DNA of 32,000 nucleotides, taken from contig NZ_CP124549.1 of assembly GCF_030253515.1 (NCBI RefSeq), positions 150,001 through 182,000 of the forward strand, given 5' to 3'. The notes under the pieces are model-generated. The model was given only the letters and a program-made list of their open reading frames with translations, was not told the origin of the DNA and did no database searches. The position numbers and the translations under genes were made by a program. Every line of letters starts with the position of its first letter. Within the stretch, counting starts at the first letter, position 1. The stretch comes from Candidatus Nanosynbacter lyticus (GTDB lineage: Bacteria > Patescibacteriota > Saccharimonadia > Saccharimonadales > Saccharimonadaceae). This document shows positions 8,896 to 17,120 of the stretch, one piece after another.

Positions 8896-10593
8896 ATGCC
8901 AGAAAGAAACATCTCTCGTCGTCGCAACACTATTTCGTCTGCGGAGCGGTCTGTTGATACATCGTCGTCTCCTGCTTTGCTGCCAGCCAAGAAAAACTTG
9001 GGAGAGGTTCCGGCGATTGGTAAGGGGCTTAAGGGCCAGGGTAGTAGCAGCAGCGAGGGCGGTGAAAATGCTCTTATGAATAAAGCTGTTGAGCTAATGG
9101 GCGAGGCTTCGCGAGTTCTCAGTGATCCAGACGCCTCTGCTGAAGACAAGGCGAAGGCACGTGAAGCTATTCAGGCAATCATAGAGAAGATTGATGGTCT
9201 AGGGTCGGGCAAAAAAGGTCCAGGAGGCACAAAGGGGCCAGAAGATGGTGGTAGTGGTGAGGATGATCCACGCTCAGTCGAGGAGAGAATCAGTGATGCG
9301 ATGACTCGCATGAGCGATTTCTTTAAGAATACGTATGAGATAGACCCTGCTACTGGTGAGAAACGATACCCGTATCTTGAGCATATTAGGCGCTATGAAG
9401 CTGAACGTGAGCGTTTTCAACAGGTTATGGATCGTAAACAGAAGAGCCATGGGCTACGCATCAATCCAAGCGGTAAGCTCATGGAACGCTTGCTGGGTTG
9501 TGGTCGATTGGGCGCTAAGCTCGCTGATCGTCTAACGCGTCCATCTAAAGAAGAGCAGGAGGCAGCGGCAGCTTACGAAGCAGCCTTGACGCAGGTTGAT
9601 GCTGATCGGCGCGACTTCCTCAGTCGTGAGATTAATGACGGCAACCTAACGGAAGAGGAAGTGCGCGGTTTGCGTGGTCAGTTCTTTACAGCAGAGCATT
9701 ACGGTAATGTCCAAGAAATTGCGCGTCTGCAGATGGATCGCGGCAAAGATAAGGACGGCAACCGTCGACGCCCGATGAGTAAGTGGCTGCGGCGGCTGGG
9801 CTACGTGTCTGCCGGTGCGGTGGGAGGTCTGACGGCGATCTTTAGTCTGCCGCTTGGTCTGGCTGTTGCCGGGGCGGGTGCTGGCACATTCCGCTACCTA
9901 GCGAATAAGCGAAATGCCAATACAAAAGTTGGTCCTCGAGATAAAAACCCGTCAAATAGACAATACAAAGCTGAGGCTGTGGCAGACGTATATCATCAGC
10001 AGTTCTTAGAAGCTATGCAAGCTCGAGCTGAGGTGGCAGAGCAAGAGGGATCTGATTGGGAGCCGGGTGCGCGTGATATTGTCAATAGACATATAGATGA
10101 GACATCGACTGAGGTTGGCAAAAACGTAAGAAAACTCGTCATACCAGTACTGGGCGCAGTCGGGGCAGCACTAGCTACTAAGTTCTCTATAGAGGCATTA
10201 GGCTCGGGCGCGGTGCATCCTGTTGAACAAACCCCTACGAATCAGAATACGGTAGCAGAATCTGTGGTAGATGCGTCAGACAACTCTGATGTTGAGCCTG
10301 TCAGTCATTTTACTGAAGTGAATACGAATGGTGCGCCGGAGAGCGTGGTTGGCGATCAGTTGCAACATCTTGGCTATAAGCTTGAGGGCGACTCGACGGA
10401 GTTTCTGAAGAAGCTTGCAGACAACGTTGGTCAAGGTAATGTTTTTGTCGACGGTAACAATAACCCGGTACATATGTTTACGGGAGGTGCTGGCGACCAG
10501 CAGTTTGGGGCTTGGAACGTTGATACGAGCGTGCGCTTTAGTGATAAAGCGGCACGAGTCATTGAAGCTATGAAAGGCGTCACTAAGCTTTAG
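8896..10593 (+). CDS. Hypothetical membrane protein: disordered/coiled-coil N-terminal half, two TM segments, ~125-aa C-terminal domain
   Basis: 565-aa ORF with an SD. Gly/Ser/charged low-complexity N-terminus. Hydrophobic segments LGYVSAGAVGGLTAIFSLPLGLAVAGAGAG and LVIPVLGAVGAALATKF. I recognise no family motif. Confidence 0.7.
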   Translation: MPERNISRRRNTISSAERSVDTSSSPALLPAKKNLGEVPAIGKGLKGQGSSSSEGGENALMNKAVELMGEASRVLSDPDASAEDKAKAREAIQAIIEKIDGLGSGKKGPGGTKGPEDGGSGEDDPRSVEERISDAMTRMSDFFKNTYEIDPATGEKRYPYLEHIRRYEAERERFQQVMDRKQKSHGLRINPSGKLMERLLGCGRLGAKLADRLTRPSKEEQEAAAAYEAALTQVDADRRDFLSREINDGNLTEEEVRGLRGQFFTAEHYGNVQEIARLQMDRGKDKDGNRRRPMSKWLRRLGYVSAGAVGGLTAIFSLPLGLAVAGAGAGTFRYLANKRNANTKVGPRDKNPSNRQYKAEAVADVYHQQFLEAMQARAEVAEQEGSDWEPGARDIVNRHIDETSTEVGKNVRKLVIPVLGAVGAALATKFSIEALGSGAVHPVEQTPTNQNTVAESVVDASDNSDVEPVSHFTEVNTNGAPESVVGDQLQHLGYKLEGDSTEFLKKLADNVGQGNVFVDGNNNPVHMFTGGAGDQQFGAWNVDTSVRFSDKAARVIEAMKGVTKL

Positions 10594-10620
10594 AATTAAA
10601 ACAATAGGAGAACACAGACA

Positions 10621-10914
10621 ATGACACATGAACAAATATTTGAACAGTTAGGCGTTACTGGTGCGAGTGATGAGGTTAAGCAGAGCATTCTCCACAACCT
10701 CGTCGGTGCGGTTGAGATCCAATTTGCTAGCGTTGGCGATGAGCTATTAACGGAAGAACAAGACGAGGAGTTAAATAAGCTCGTTGACGCACATGATGGT
10801 GATCCTAGCGTTGTCGGTGAGTGGCTAAAAACTTATATACCAGAGGCTGGACAACTATACCAGGCAATACTGGAGGATGAGATTGCTCGTCTAAAAAGTT
10901 GGTTGGGCGCATAG
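10621..10914 (+). CDS. Small acidic helical hypothetical protein (paralogue of 11009..11458)
   Basis: 97-aa ORF with SD TAGGAGAA. It shares a pattern with the next gene: L(G)(V/L)...(D/E)(E/Q).K...L.......E......G..L....(S/T)(D/E).Q.(D/E)E(F/L)...(V/I)D.....V.E(F/W)L.K..P. Confidence 0.65.
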   Translation: MTHEQIFEQLGVTGASDEVKQSILHNLVGAVEIQFASVGDELLTEEQDEELNKLVDAHDGDPSVVGEWLKTYIPEAGQLYQAILEDEIARLKSWLGA

Positions 10915-10936
10915 GTCGTCGAATGGCTCTCACGAG

Positions 10937-10970
10937 GTATAGTAGCATTCTGACCAGGATGCTGCTATAC
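10937..10970 (+). other. 12-bp stem-loop / imperfect inverted repeat between the two paralogous genes
   Basis: GTATAGTAGCAT (10937-10948) pairs with ATGCTGCTATAC (10959-10970), with one G-U pair and a 10-nt loop. No T-tract follows. Confidence 0.5.
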
Positions 10971-11008
10971 TAGGTATAAAGAACGGGAACCATAAACGAG
11001 GAGACGAC

Positions 11009-11458
11009 ATGTTCCAACTAGACGATAATTTTTTGAAAGAATTAGGACTAGATCAGCTGCCGGATGAGCAGAAGAAGCCGTTTTTACAGCATATTTATAG
11101 CGAGTTGGAGCTACGGGTCGGCGAGCGGCTGAGTCAGGGGATGAGCGACGCGCAGCTGGATGAGTTTGCGAACATTATCGATAAGGCACCGGGTGCGGTA
11201 GATGAGTTTCTCGCCAAACATGCGCCAAATTACCAGCAGGAGCCGATGTTTCAGCGGCTGGTGCAGGCGACCAAGGCTGATCCGAATAATCCGGGTCTAA
11301 AAGACGAGTTTGCGGCGACGAAGTGGCTAGAGGTAAATCGGCCTGATTATCGCGACGTGGTGGCAGCGACAATGGACGAGCTGAAGAAGGAGATCATAAC
11401 TAACCGCGAGGCTATTTTAGGCGGCATGGGTGCATCCTCGGCGCCGGGGCAAGCTTAG
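11009..11458 (+). CDS. Small acidic helical hypothetical protein (longer paralogue of 10621..10914)
   Basis: 149-aa ORF with SD GAGGAG. The N-terminal ~75 aa align with the preceding protein, and there is an internal ~45-aa insertion. Confidence 0.65.
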   Translation: MFQLDDNFLKELGLDQLPDEQKKPFLQHIYSELELRVGERLSQGMSDAQLDEFANIIDKAPGAVDEFLAKHAPNYQQEPMFQRLVQATKADPNNPGLKDEFAATKWLEVNRPDYRDVVAATMDELKKEIITNREAILGGMGASSAPGQA

Positions 11459-11490
11459 AACGACTTTTAGCTACCTTATAGCCCATGAAC

Positions 11491-12366
11491 TTAGCCTTGA
11501 TGGCCGCGGAGAAACGCCTCTGCGGTCATTTGTTTACCGCTTGGGGCGATCAGTTCGAGGATGGTTACGTATCGTCCGTCACAGCACTTGACGCTCAGCG
11601 GCGATGCTGGGGCGTCTGAGGCGCGAGTTTTAGTGATAATGAGTTCACGGCCATGAATGCGCAGACGACTACGTGGAAAGCCGAGATACGCCCGCACATG
11701 GGCATCGGCGGCGGCTGCGGTCATTGCCGTCGGATCAATGAGTGACATGTCCTTGGAGAGCAGCTGGCAATACGTGGCATCGGCGTCGTTTTGCGGGGTC
11801 GGCTGAAGCGTACCGGCAAGGATGCTTGGCAGCGTGCGCACGAGCAGGTCGCTGCCGGCAGCAAACAACTCATCATACAGCTGCGGTTTGGTTTCAGTGC
11901 CGGTGAGCGGGTGACGGTGTTGGGCATAAATCGGGCCAGCGTCCATCTGGGCGTCAAGTTGCATAATGGAGATGCCAGTTTCTGAGTCTTGGTGTGCAAT
12001 GGCCGCCTCGATCGGTGAAGGGCCACGCCATGTTGGTAGTAGCGAAGGGTGGAGATTGATAATGCCGGGAGTGAAGAGGTCGATGATTGACTGGGGGATG
12101 ATTTTGCCGTAAGCGACGAGGACGCCGGCGACAGGCTGAAGGGCGGTGATATCGGGGATAATGTCGCGGAGCTTGTTGGGTTGCCAGACGAGGATGCCAT
12201 GTTGGCGGGCAAAGGTCTTGACTGGTGGTTCGGTAAGCTTATGGCCGCGGCCGCTACGCATATCGGGTTTGGTAATGACGGCGCGAATGGAAAATCCTGC
12301 CTCGTAGAGTGCTTTAAGGGTAATCAGACTGTACGCTTCGGTGCCAAAAAAGATGATTGGTGGCAT
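11491..12366 (-). CDS. fmt: Methionyl-tRNA formyltransferase
   Basis: MPPIIFFGTEAYSL..., HPSLLPTWRGPSPIEAAI and the C-terminal domain. The ATG at 12366 lies 1 nt after the def stop (12368-12370). The longer 396-aa ORF in the track is an upstream read-through into def. Confidence 0.9.
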   Translation of the reverse strand: MPPIIFFGTEAYSLITLKALYEAGFSIRAVITKPDMRSGRGHKLTEPPVKTFARQHGILVWQPNKLRDIIPDITALQPVAGVLVAYGKIIPQSIIDLFTPGIINLHPSLLPTWRGPSPIEAAIAHQDSETGISIMQLDAQMDAGPIYAQHRHPLTGTETKPQLYDELFAAGSDLLVRTLPSILAGTLQPTPQNDADATYCQLLSKDMSLIDPTAMTAAAADAHVRAYLGFPRSRLRIHGRELIITKTRASDAPASPLSVKCCDGRYVTILELIAPSGKQMTAEAFLRGHQG

Positions 12367-12367
12367 G

Positions 12368-12943
12368 TTAGTCCCATAACTGAGCATTATCTTTGATGTC
12401 GGCTTCGTAATCAAGCGGCTGTAATTCACCAGAATCATCAAGCGTGTAAAAAGCATCGTGCTGGTCGCGGATATGGTCGATAAAAACGATGCCATTGGTG
12501 TGATCAATCTCGTGCTGGATAACACGGGCCAGGAAGCCTTCGGCCTTGAGGCGAATTTCGTTGCCATCGAGGTCAAGAGCTTTGACGCGGATTTTGGAGT
12601 GGCGGGGAACTTTGCCGTAGACGTGCTTGACGCTGAGGCAACCTTCGAAATCGGCGACAATTTCTCCCTCGTATTTGACAATCTCGGGGTTGATCAGGGT
12701 GGTGAATTCGCGAGTAGCTTTGTCGTCAAAGTCGCTGCGGACGATGATGATGCGCTCGAGATGATCAACCTGGATGGCGGCGAGGGCAGCACTGATCTCG
12801 TGGGGGCGAGAATCCTCCCAGTCAAGAGCGGCCGCGATCATATTGGCTGATAACTGGCGCACCTCGTCGGTGATGACGTGAATTTTAGCTGATTTTTGGC
12901 GGAGATGCGGATTTGGTAGGGCAATGATATCGTCTTTAGTCAT
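12368..12943 (-). CDS. def: Peptide deformylase
   Basis: The three deformylase motifs are present: GxGxAAxQ-like (ISAALAAIQV), EGCLSV and QHEIDHTNG. Confidence 0.95.
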   Translation of the reverse strand: MTKDDIIALPNPHLRQKSAKIHVITDEVRQLSANMIAAALDWEDSRPHEISAALAAIQVDHLERIIIVRSDFDDKATREFTTLINPEIVKYEGEIVADFEGCLSVKHVYGKVPRHSKIRVKALDLDGNEIRLKAEGFLARVIQHEIDHTNGIVFIDHIRDQHDAFYTLDDSGELQPLDYEADIKDNAQLWD

Positions 12944-12950
12944 TGTGATT

Positions 12951-12959
12951 ATTATACCA
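12951..12959 (-). promoter_or_regulatory. Extended -10 TGGTATAAT, 7 nt upstream of the def ATG (leaderless layout)
   Basis: The minus strand reads TGGTATAAT (12959-12951), AATCACA, then ATG (12943). There is no SD and no good -35. def could also be co-transcribed with priA, which ends 23 nt upstream. Confidence 0.4.
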
Positions 12960-12966
12960 CAGGTGA

Positions 12967-14910
12967 CTAGAGGAGGCTGGTCGGGTCGAGCTCAGCCTGC
13001 CAATGAGCGGGTGGTACGAGATCAAGGAGGCTGACAAGGTCGCTGCGGCGGGGACTTTTAAGAATCAGCTGCCAGCGGTACGTGTCGCGGACGCGCTCAT
13101 AAAATGCCGGTGTTGGGCCGAGGATGTGTACGTCGGCCGGGGCAGCCGCTCGCAGTGTCTGGGCGAGCTTTTTGGCGTTGCGGATGGCGGCGGCTTCGGT
13201 TTTGTAGACGCAGGTTAATTTAAGTAGATAGACGAATGGTGGAAAGTTAGTGGCGCGTCGCTGGGCGATAGTGCGGGCGTAAAAATCAGCGTAGTTTTGG
13301 GCAAGCCCATCGCGGATGGCAGGATGATCCGGCTGAAAGGTCTGGACGATGACGTTAGTGGCGTGATGGGAGCGGCCAACGCGGCCAACGACTTGGGCCA
13401 GCAGCTGAAAGGTACGCTCGCTTGAGGAAAAGTCAGGCAGTGTCAGACCGGCATCGGCTTGGACAACGCCAACAGTACGCAGGTGCGGTAGATCGAGACC
13501 CTTGGCAATAACCTGGGTGCCGATGATGATGTCAATTGAACCGTTTTTGAGCTCGTCGTAGCGCTTATCAGCTGCGTCGTTGGTACTTGTATCGGCATCG
13601 AAGCGGGCGATGGTGCTCGCGGGAAAGAGCTTGTGTAATTCTGCCTCAATGCGCTTGGTGCCGAGGCCTTTATGAATGATATCGGCATGATGACACTCGG
13701 GACAGCTGGTGGGGACGGTTGCAGTGAAACCGCAGATATGACAGAGGAGCTGGTGCCGGTCGGCGTGGAGGGTGAGCGGCACAAAGCAACGCGGACAACC
13801 GGCATTCCAGCCGCATTGTTCGCATAGGGTGATAGCGGCGGTGCCGCGGCGATTGTGAAAAATGAGGGCTTGATGACCGGCATTGAGCGAGCCAGTGATA
13901 GCCGAGAGTAGTTGATCAGAGAGAAAAAAATGCTGAGTAAAGTTTGTGCGCTTGGTCATATCAACCAGCGAGACGCGCGGCTTGACGGCGTCTGAACGGG
14001 CGGGTGAGGGCATGGTTATGATGGGCCGGCCAGCAGTTTTTGCCAGAAAATAATCGCTGATCGTAGGGGTGGCGCTGCCGAGGACGAGCTTGGCTTCGTG
14101 CTGGCGAGCGAGAATGGCCGCAGTACGCAGCGCCGAGTAGCGGGGCGATTGCTCCTGCTTGAAGCTGGGTTCGTGACATTCATCAATGACGACGAGTCCC
14201 AGCTGCTGGACGGGCGTGAACAGGGCCGATCGAGGGCCGATGACGATGAGCGGGTCGCGTGAATTGATAACATGTTGCCAAGTCACGTGCCGTTCAGCCT
14301 CGGTCTGGCGCGAGTGGGTGAGGATAACATTGTCGAAATACCTTGCAAATTCGGTAACGAGCTGTGAGGTGAGGGCGATTTCTGGCACCAGAATAATTGA
14401 CGACAAGCCCTCGTCTATCAGTCGCCGGGCGAGCTCGATATAGACGCGTGTTTTGCCAGATCCGGTCACGCCATGTAGCAGCGCGCTACCAGGGAGCATG
14501 TCGTCAATGGCGGTGATGGCGGCGCTTTGGTCGGGCGTGAGCGCTGTCGTCGGTGGTTGTGAGGCCTGCGGACCGGTGGCGCGTAAGGGTGGGTGACGGC
14601 GCTTCTTCGTCAGGCCACGCGGCAGAATGGTTTGCCAGACGGTTGCGAGATGCGTATGATAATAGCTACTCATCCACAGAGCCGTCTGGACGAGTGGTAG
14701 CGGCACGGGAGCGTCATCTAAAAACTGGACGATTTCCTTAACCGTAAACTCGGGCTTAACGACTGCCGACATAATGATGCCAACGCACTGAGCTGAGCCA
14801 ACTTCTATAACCACGAGTGCACCGACTGGCAGCCGCTCGGGGTGTGCATAGGTAAACGAATGCGCATCGGCACGAATGATCTTGATCGGTGATACCAAAT
14901 AGTAGTGCAT
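12967..14910 (-). CDS. priA: Primosomal protein N' (replication restart helicase PriA)
   Basis: Walker A LLHGVTGSGKT, DECH box, and the Cys-rich zinc insertion (CEQCGWNAGCPRC...CHICG...CPEC). Confidence 0.95.
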   Translation of the reverse strand: MHYYLVSPIKIIRADAHSFTYAHPERLPVGALVVIEVGSAQCVGIIMSAVVKPEFTVKEIVQFLDDAPVPLPLVQTALWMSSYYHTHLATVWQTILPRGLTKKRRHPPLRATGPQASQPPTTALTPDQSAAITAIDDMLPGSALLHGVTGSGKTRVYIELARRLIDEGLSSIILVPEIALTSQLVTEFARYFDNVILTHSRQTEAERHVTWQHVINSRDPLIVIGPRSALFTPVQQLGLVVIDECHEPSFKQEQSPRYSALRTAAILARQHEAKLVLGSATPTISDYFLAKTAGRPIITMPSPARSDAVKPRVSLVDMTKRTNFTQHFFLSDQLLSAITGSLNAGHQALIFHNRRGTAAITLCEQCGWNAGCPRCFVPLTLHADRHQLLCHICGFTATVPTSCPECHHADIIHKGLGTKRIEAELHKLFPASTIARFDADTSTNDAADKRYDELKNGSIDIIIGTQVIAKGLDLPHLRTVGVVQADAGLTLPDFSSSERTFQLLAQVVGRVGRSHHATNVIVQTFQPDHPAIRDGLAQNYADFYARTIAQRRATNFPPFVYLLKLTCVYKTEAAAIRNAKKLAQTLRAAAPADVHILGPTPAFYERVRDTYRWQLILKSPRRSDLVSLLDLVPPAHWQAELDPTSLL

Positions 14911-14920
14911 GTCTTGCTTT

Positions 14921-14926
14921 ATTATA
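14921..14926 (-). promoter_or_regulatory. -10 hexamer TATAAT, 10 nt upstream of the priA ATG
   Basis: The minus strand reads GGTATAAT AAAGCAAGAC ATG, and no SD is present. It shares the GGTATAATAA string with the def -10 region. The -35 is weak. Confidence 0.35.
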
Positions 14927-15076
14927 CCGTGCTGGCCGGCTGAATATAATCATGAGCGTTTTATGGTGTAAGCGTGTATGTTGAGGCTGTAGGGCGTATA
15001 ATTGTCGAAAAAAGCTTGTCGGGTGTTGTAAAATTGTGATACACTGAGTGGTAGCGAAAGGGAATATGGGGAGAGA

Positions 15077-15379
15077 ATGCTTGACATTTTTATTACATCA
15101 CGAGTGAGACGCAAAATCGTAGTTGTGTATGCCAAGTATCCTGATTTTCATACGCATGTTCGGGGGCTAGCCAAGCTGATCAAGGAAGACCCCGGCAATA
15201 TTCAGCGCGAGCTCAAGCGGCTAGAGAAAGTTGGTTTCCTGAGGAGTGAAAAGCAGGGCAATTCGCGGGCATACTTTACGAACAAGCAGTTCCCGATTTT
15301 CAAGGAATTACAGAGTATGGTGATTAAGTCGCAGCAACATGCGGCCCGGCCGAAGCGCGGCTCGGTTGATAGAGATTGA
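15077..15379 (+). CDS. Small winged-helix DNA-binding transcriptional regulator
   Basis: 100-aa ORF. HVRGLAKLIKEDPGNIQRELKRLEKVGFLRSEKQGNSRAYF fits an ArsR/MarR-like wHTH (helix-turn-helix followed by a beta wing). Confidence 0.65.
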   Translation: MLDIFITSRVRRKIVVVYAKYPDFHTHVRGLAKLIKEDPGNIQRELKRLEKVGFLRSEKQGNSRAYFTNKQFPIFKELQSMVIKSQQHAARPKRGSVDRD

Positions 15380-17016
15380 TGACCTTATTCGAGCAGATTT
15401 TGACAGCGCGGGGCCTGACGACGCGAGCAGCGCGCGAGGCTTTTTTGCAGCCGGATTATACGGCGGTGAAGCATGATCCGTTTTTGCTGCCGGACATGAA
15501 AAAGGCGGTGGCGCGGTTGAGACAGGCGCGGCAGCACGGTGAAAAAATCGTCATTTACGGTGATTATGATATTGATGGGTTGAGCGCTACAGCGCTGCTG
15601 CTGGACGCGTTTGGTAAGTTTGGGTTTGAGGGCGTTGACGCTTTCATCCCGAACCGGTTTGTTGAGGGCTATGGCATGACCATGGGTGCCGTGGACAAGG
15701 TGCGCGATATGGGAGCGGATTTGATCGTGACGGTAGATACCGGTAGCTTGTGCCATGCGGAGATTGCATATGCTGCTAGCTTGGGGATTGATACGGTGGT
15801 GACGGACCATCATAATGTGGCCGAGACGCCGCCGCCGAGCGTGGCAGCGGTGAATCCGAAATTTCCGGGACATACGTATCCGTTTCGTGATTTGTGTGGG
15901 GCGGGCGTGGCGTTTAAGTTGGTGCAGGCGCTGCAGACTGAACTAGAGGGCTTACCTGATGGCTATGAAAAATGGCTGCTCGATTTGGTGGCGCTAGGGA
16001 CGGTGTGCGACATTGTGACGTTGGCTGATGAAAATCGGGCGAATGTCTATTGGGGCTTAGAGGTGTTGAAAAAACAACAACGTCCAGGATTGAAAGCTTT
16101 GATGATGATGGCGGGTATTGAGCCGGATCAGGTCAATGCTAGACATCTGGGGTTCGGTCTGGGGCCGCGAATGAATGCAGCAGGCCGGCTGGAGACAGCG
16201 CAGCACGCGCTAGACATGCTGACGGCGCGCGATGGGCTGGCGGCACTGGAGGCGAGTGAGAAGTTGGAGGAATTGAACATCAAGCGGCGCAGCATTCAGG
16301 ATACGATTTTTGAGGAAGCGTGTGTGCAAGCCGAGGAGCTGGCTGATGATCGAGTGCTGGTGGTGAGTAGTGATGGCTGGAATCATGGTGTTATCGGCAT
16401 CGTGGCGTCGAAACTGGTGGAGAAATATAAAAAGCCGGTGTTTATCATTGGCGAGCGCGGCGAGGAAGCGACGGGTTCGGCGCGCAGTTTTGGTGATTTT
16501 TCAGCGGCAGATGCCGTGCGGGCAGCGGATGATATTATTATCAAAGGCGGCGGGCATGGGGCGGCGGCTGGCGTGACGCTGGCGACTGAAAAGATTGGTG
16601 ATTTTCGCCGGCGGGTGAATGAATTTTATGATTCGCTGCAGCTGACAAACCAAGAGCGATATCTGTTGCCGCGAGCTGATGTGGAAATCGACGATTTTTC
16701 GGAAATTGATGAGGAATTGGTGGCAAATTTGGCGAAAATGGAGCCGTTTGGCAATGGCAACCCAGAGCCTATAGTAAAAATTACCACAGCGAGCGTGCTG
16801 AGCGCGCGACGGATGGGCGCGGATGGGCAGCACGTTAAGCTGGCGCTGCGTGATAAAAATGGTAAAGTATTGCAGATGCTGGCATTTAACGCGCCGGAGG
16901 AGTTTTTCCGCGAGCCAGGTGATGAGGTGGCAGTCTGGTTTCAGCCAACCATCAACGAATGGCAGGGAGTGCGGACGGTTGAAGGACGGTTGCTACACGT
17001 GAGTGAGGCGGAATAG
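15379..17016 (+). CDS. recJ: Single-stranded-DNA-specific exonuclease RecJ
   Basis: DHH family motifs IYGDYDIDGLS, TVDTG and TDHH, plus the DHHA1 GGGHGAAAG. The ATG at 15379 overlaps the upstream TGA by 1 nt. Confidence 0.9.
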   Translation: MTLFEQILTARGLTTRAAREAFLQPDYTAVKHDPFLLPDMKKAVARLRQARQHGEKIVIYGDYDIDGLSATALLLDAFGKFGFEGVDAFIPNRFVEGYGMTMGAVDKVRDMGADLIVTVDTGSLCHAEIAYAASLGIDTVVTDHHNVAETPPPSVAAVNPKFPGHTYPFRDLCGAGVAFKLVQALQTELEGLPDGYEKWLLDLVALGTVCDIVTLADENRANVYWGLEVLKKQQRPGLKALMMMAGIEPDQVNARHLGFGLGPRMNAAGRLETAQHALDMLTARDGLAALEASEKLEELNIKRRSIQDTIFEEACVQAEELADDRVLVVSSDGWNHGVIGIVASKLVEKYKKPVFIIGERGEEATGSARSFGDFSAADAVRAADDIIIKGGGHGAAAGVTLATEKIGDFRRRVNEFYDSLQLTNQERYLLPRADVEIDDFSEIDEELVANLAKMEPFGNGNPEPIVKITTASVLSARRMGADGQHVKLALRDKNGKVLQMLAFNAPEEFFREPGDEVAVWFQPTINEWQGVRTVEGRLLHVSEAE

Positions 17017-17048
17017 TCATCATTAGGGTCGCTATAAGGGATACAAGG

Positions 17049-17077
17049 TTGATTTATATCAATTTATATGATATAAC
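17049..17077 (+). promoter_or_regulatory. Promoter TTGATT-17-(TGa)TATAAC upstream of the alpha/beta hydrolase gene
   Basis: TTGATT at 17049-17054, 17-nt spacer ending in TGA, TATAAC at 17072-17077. This argues against the TTG at 17049 being a start codon. Confidence 0.5.
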
Positions 17078-17120
17078 TAAATTTAGCTCAAGAAATAATC
17101 CACACTGGAGCATTACGCAC

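Noticed and set aside
12367-12681. The 105-codon N-terminal extension of the fmt ORF (track ORF 11491..12681)
   Set aside because: The extension overlaps def in another frame and is low-complexity. The canonical Fmt N-terminus (MPPIIFFG) begins at the ATG at 12366, 1 nt after the def stop.
17049-17120. TTG start at 17049 for the alpha/beta hydrolase ORF
   Set aside because: The TTG is the first half of a TTGATT -35 hexamer with a properly spaced TGaTATAAC -10. The ATG at 17121 has a GGAG 10 nt upstream, and the extension (MIYINLYDITKFSS...) just translates AT-rich promoter DNA.
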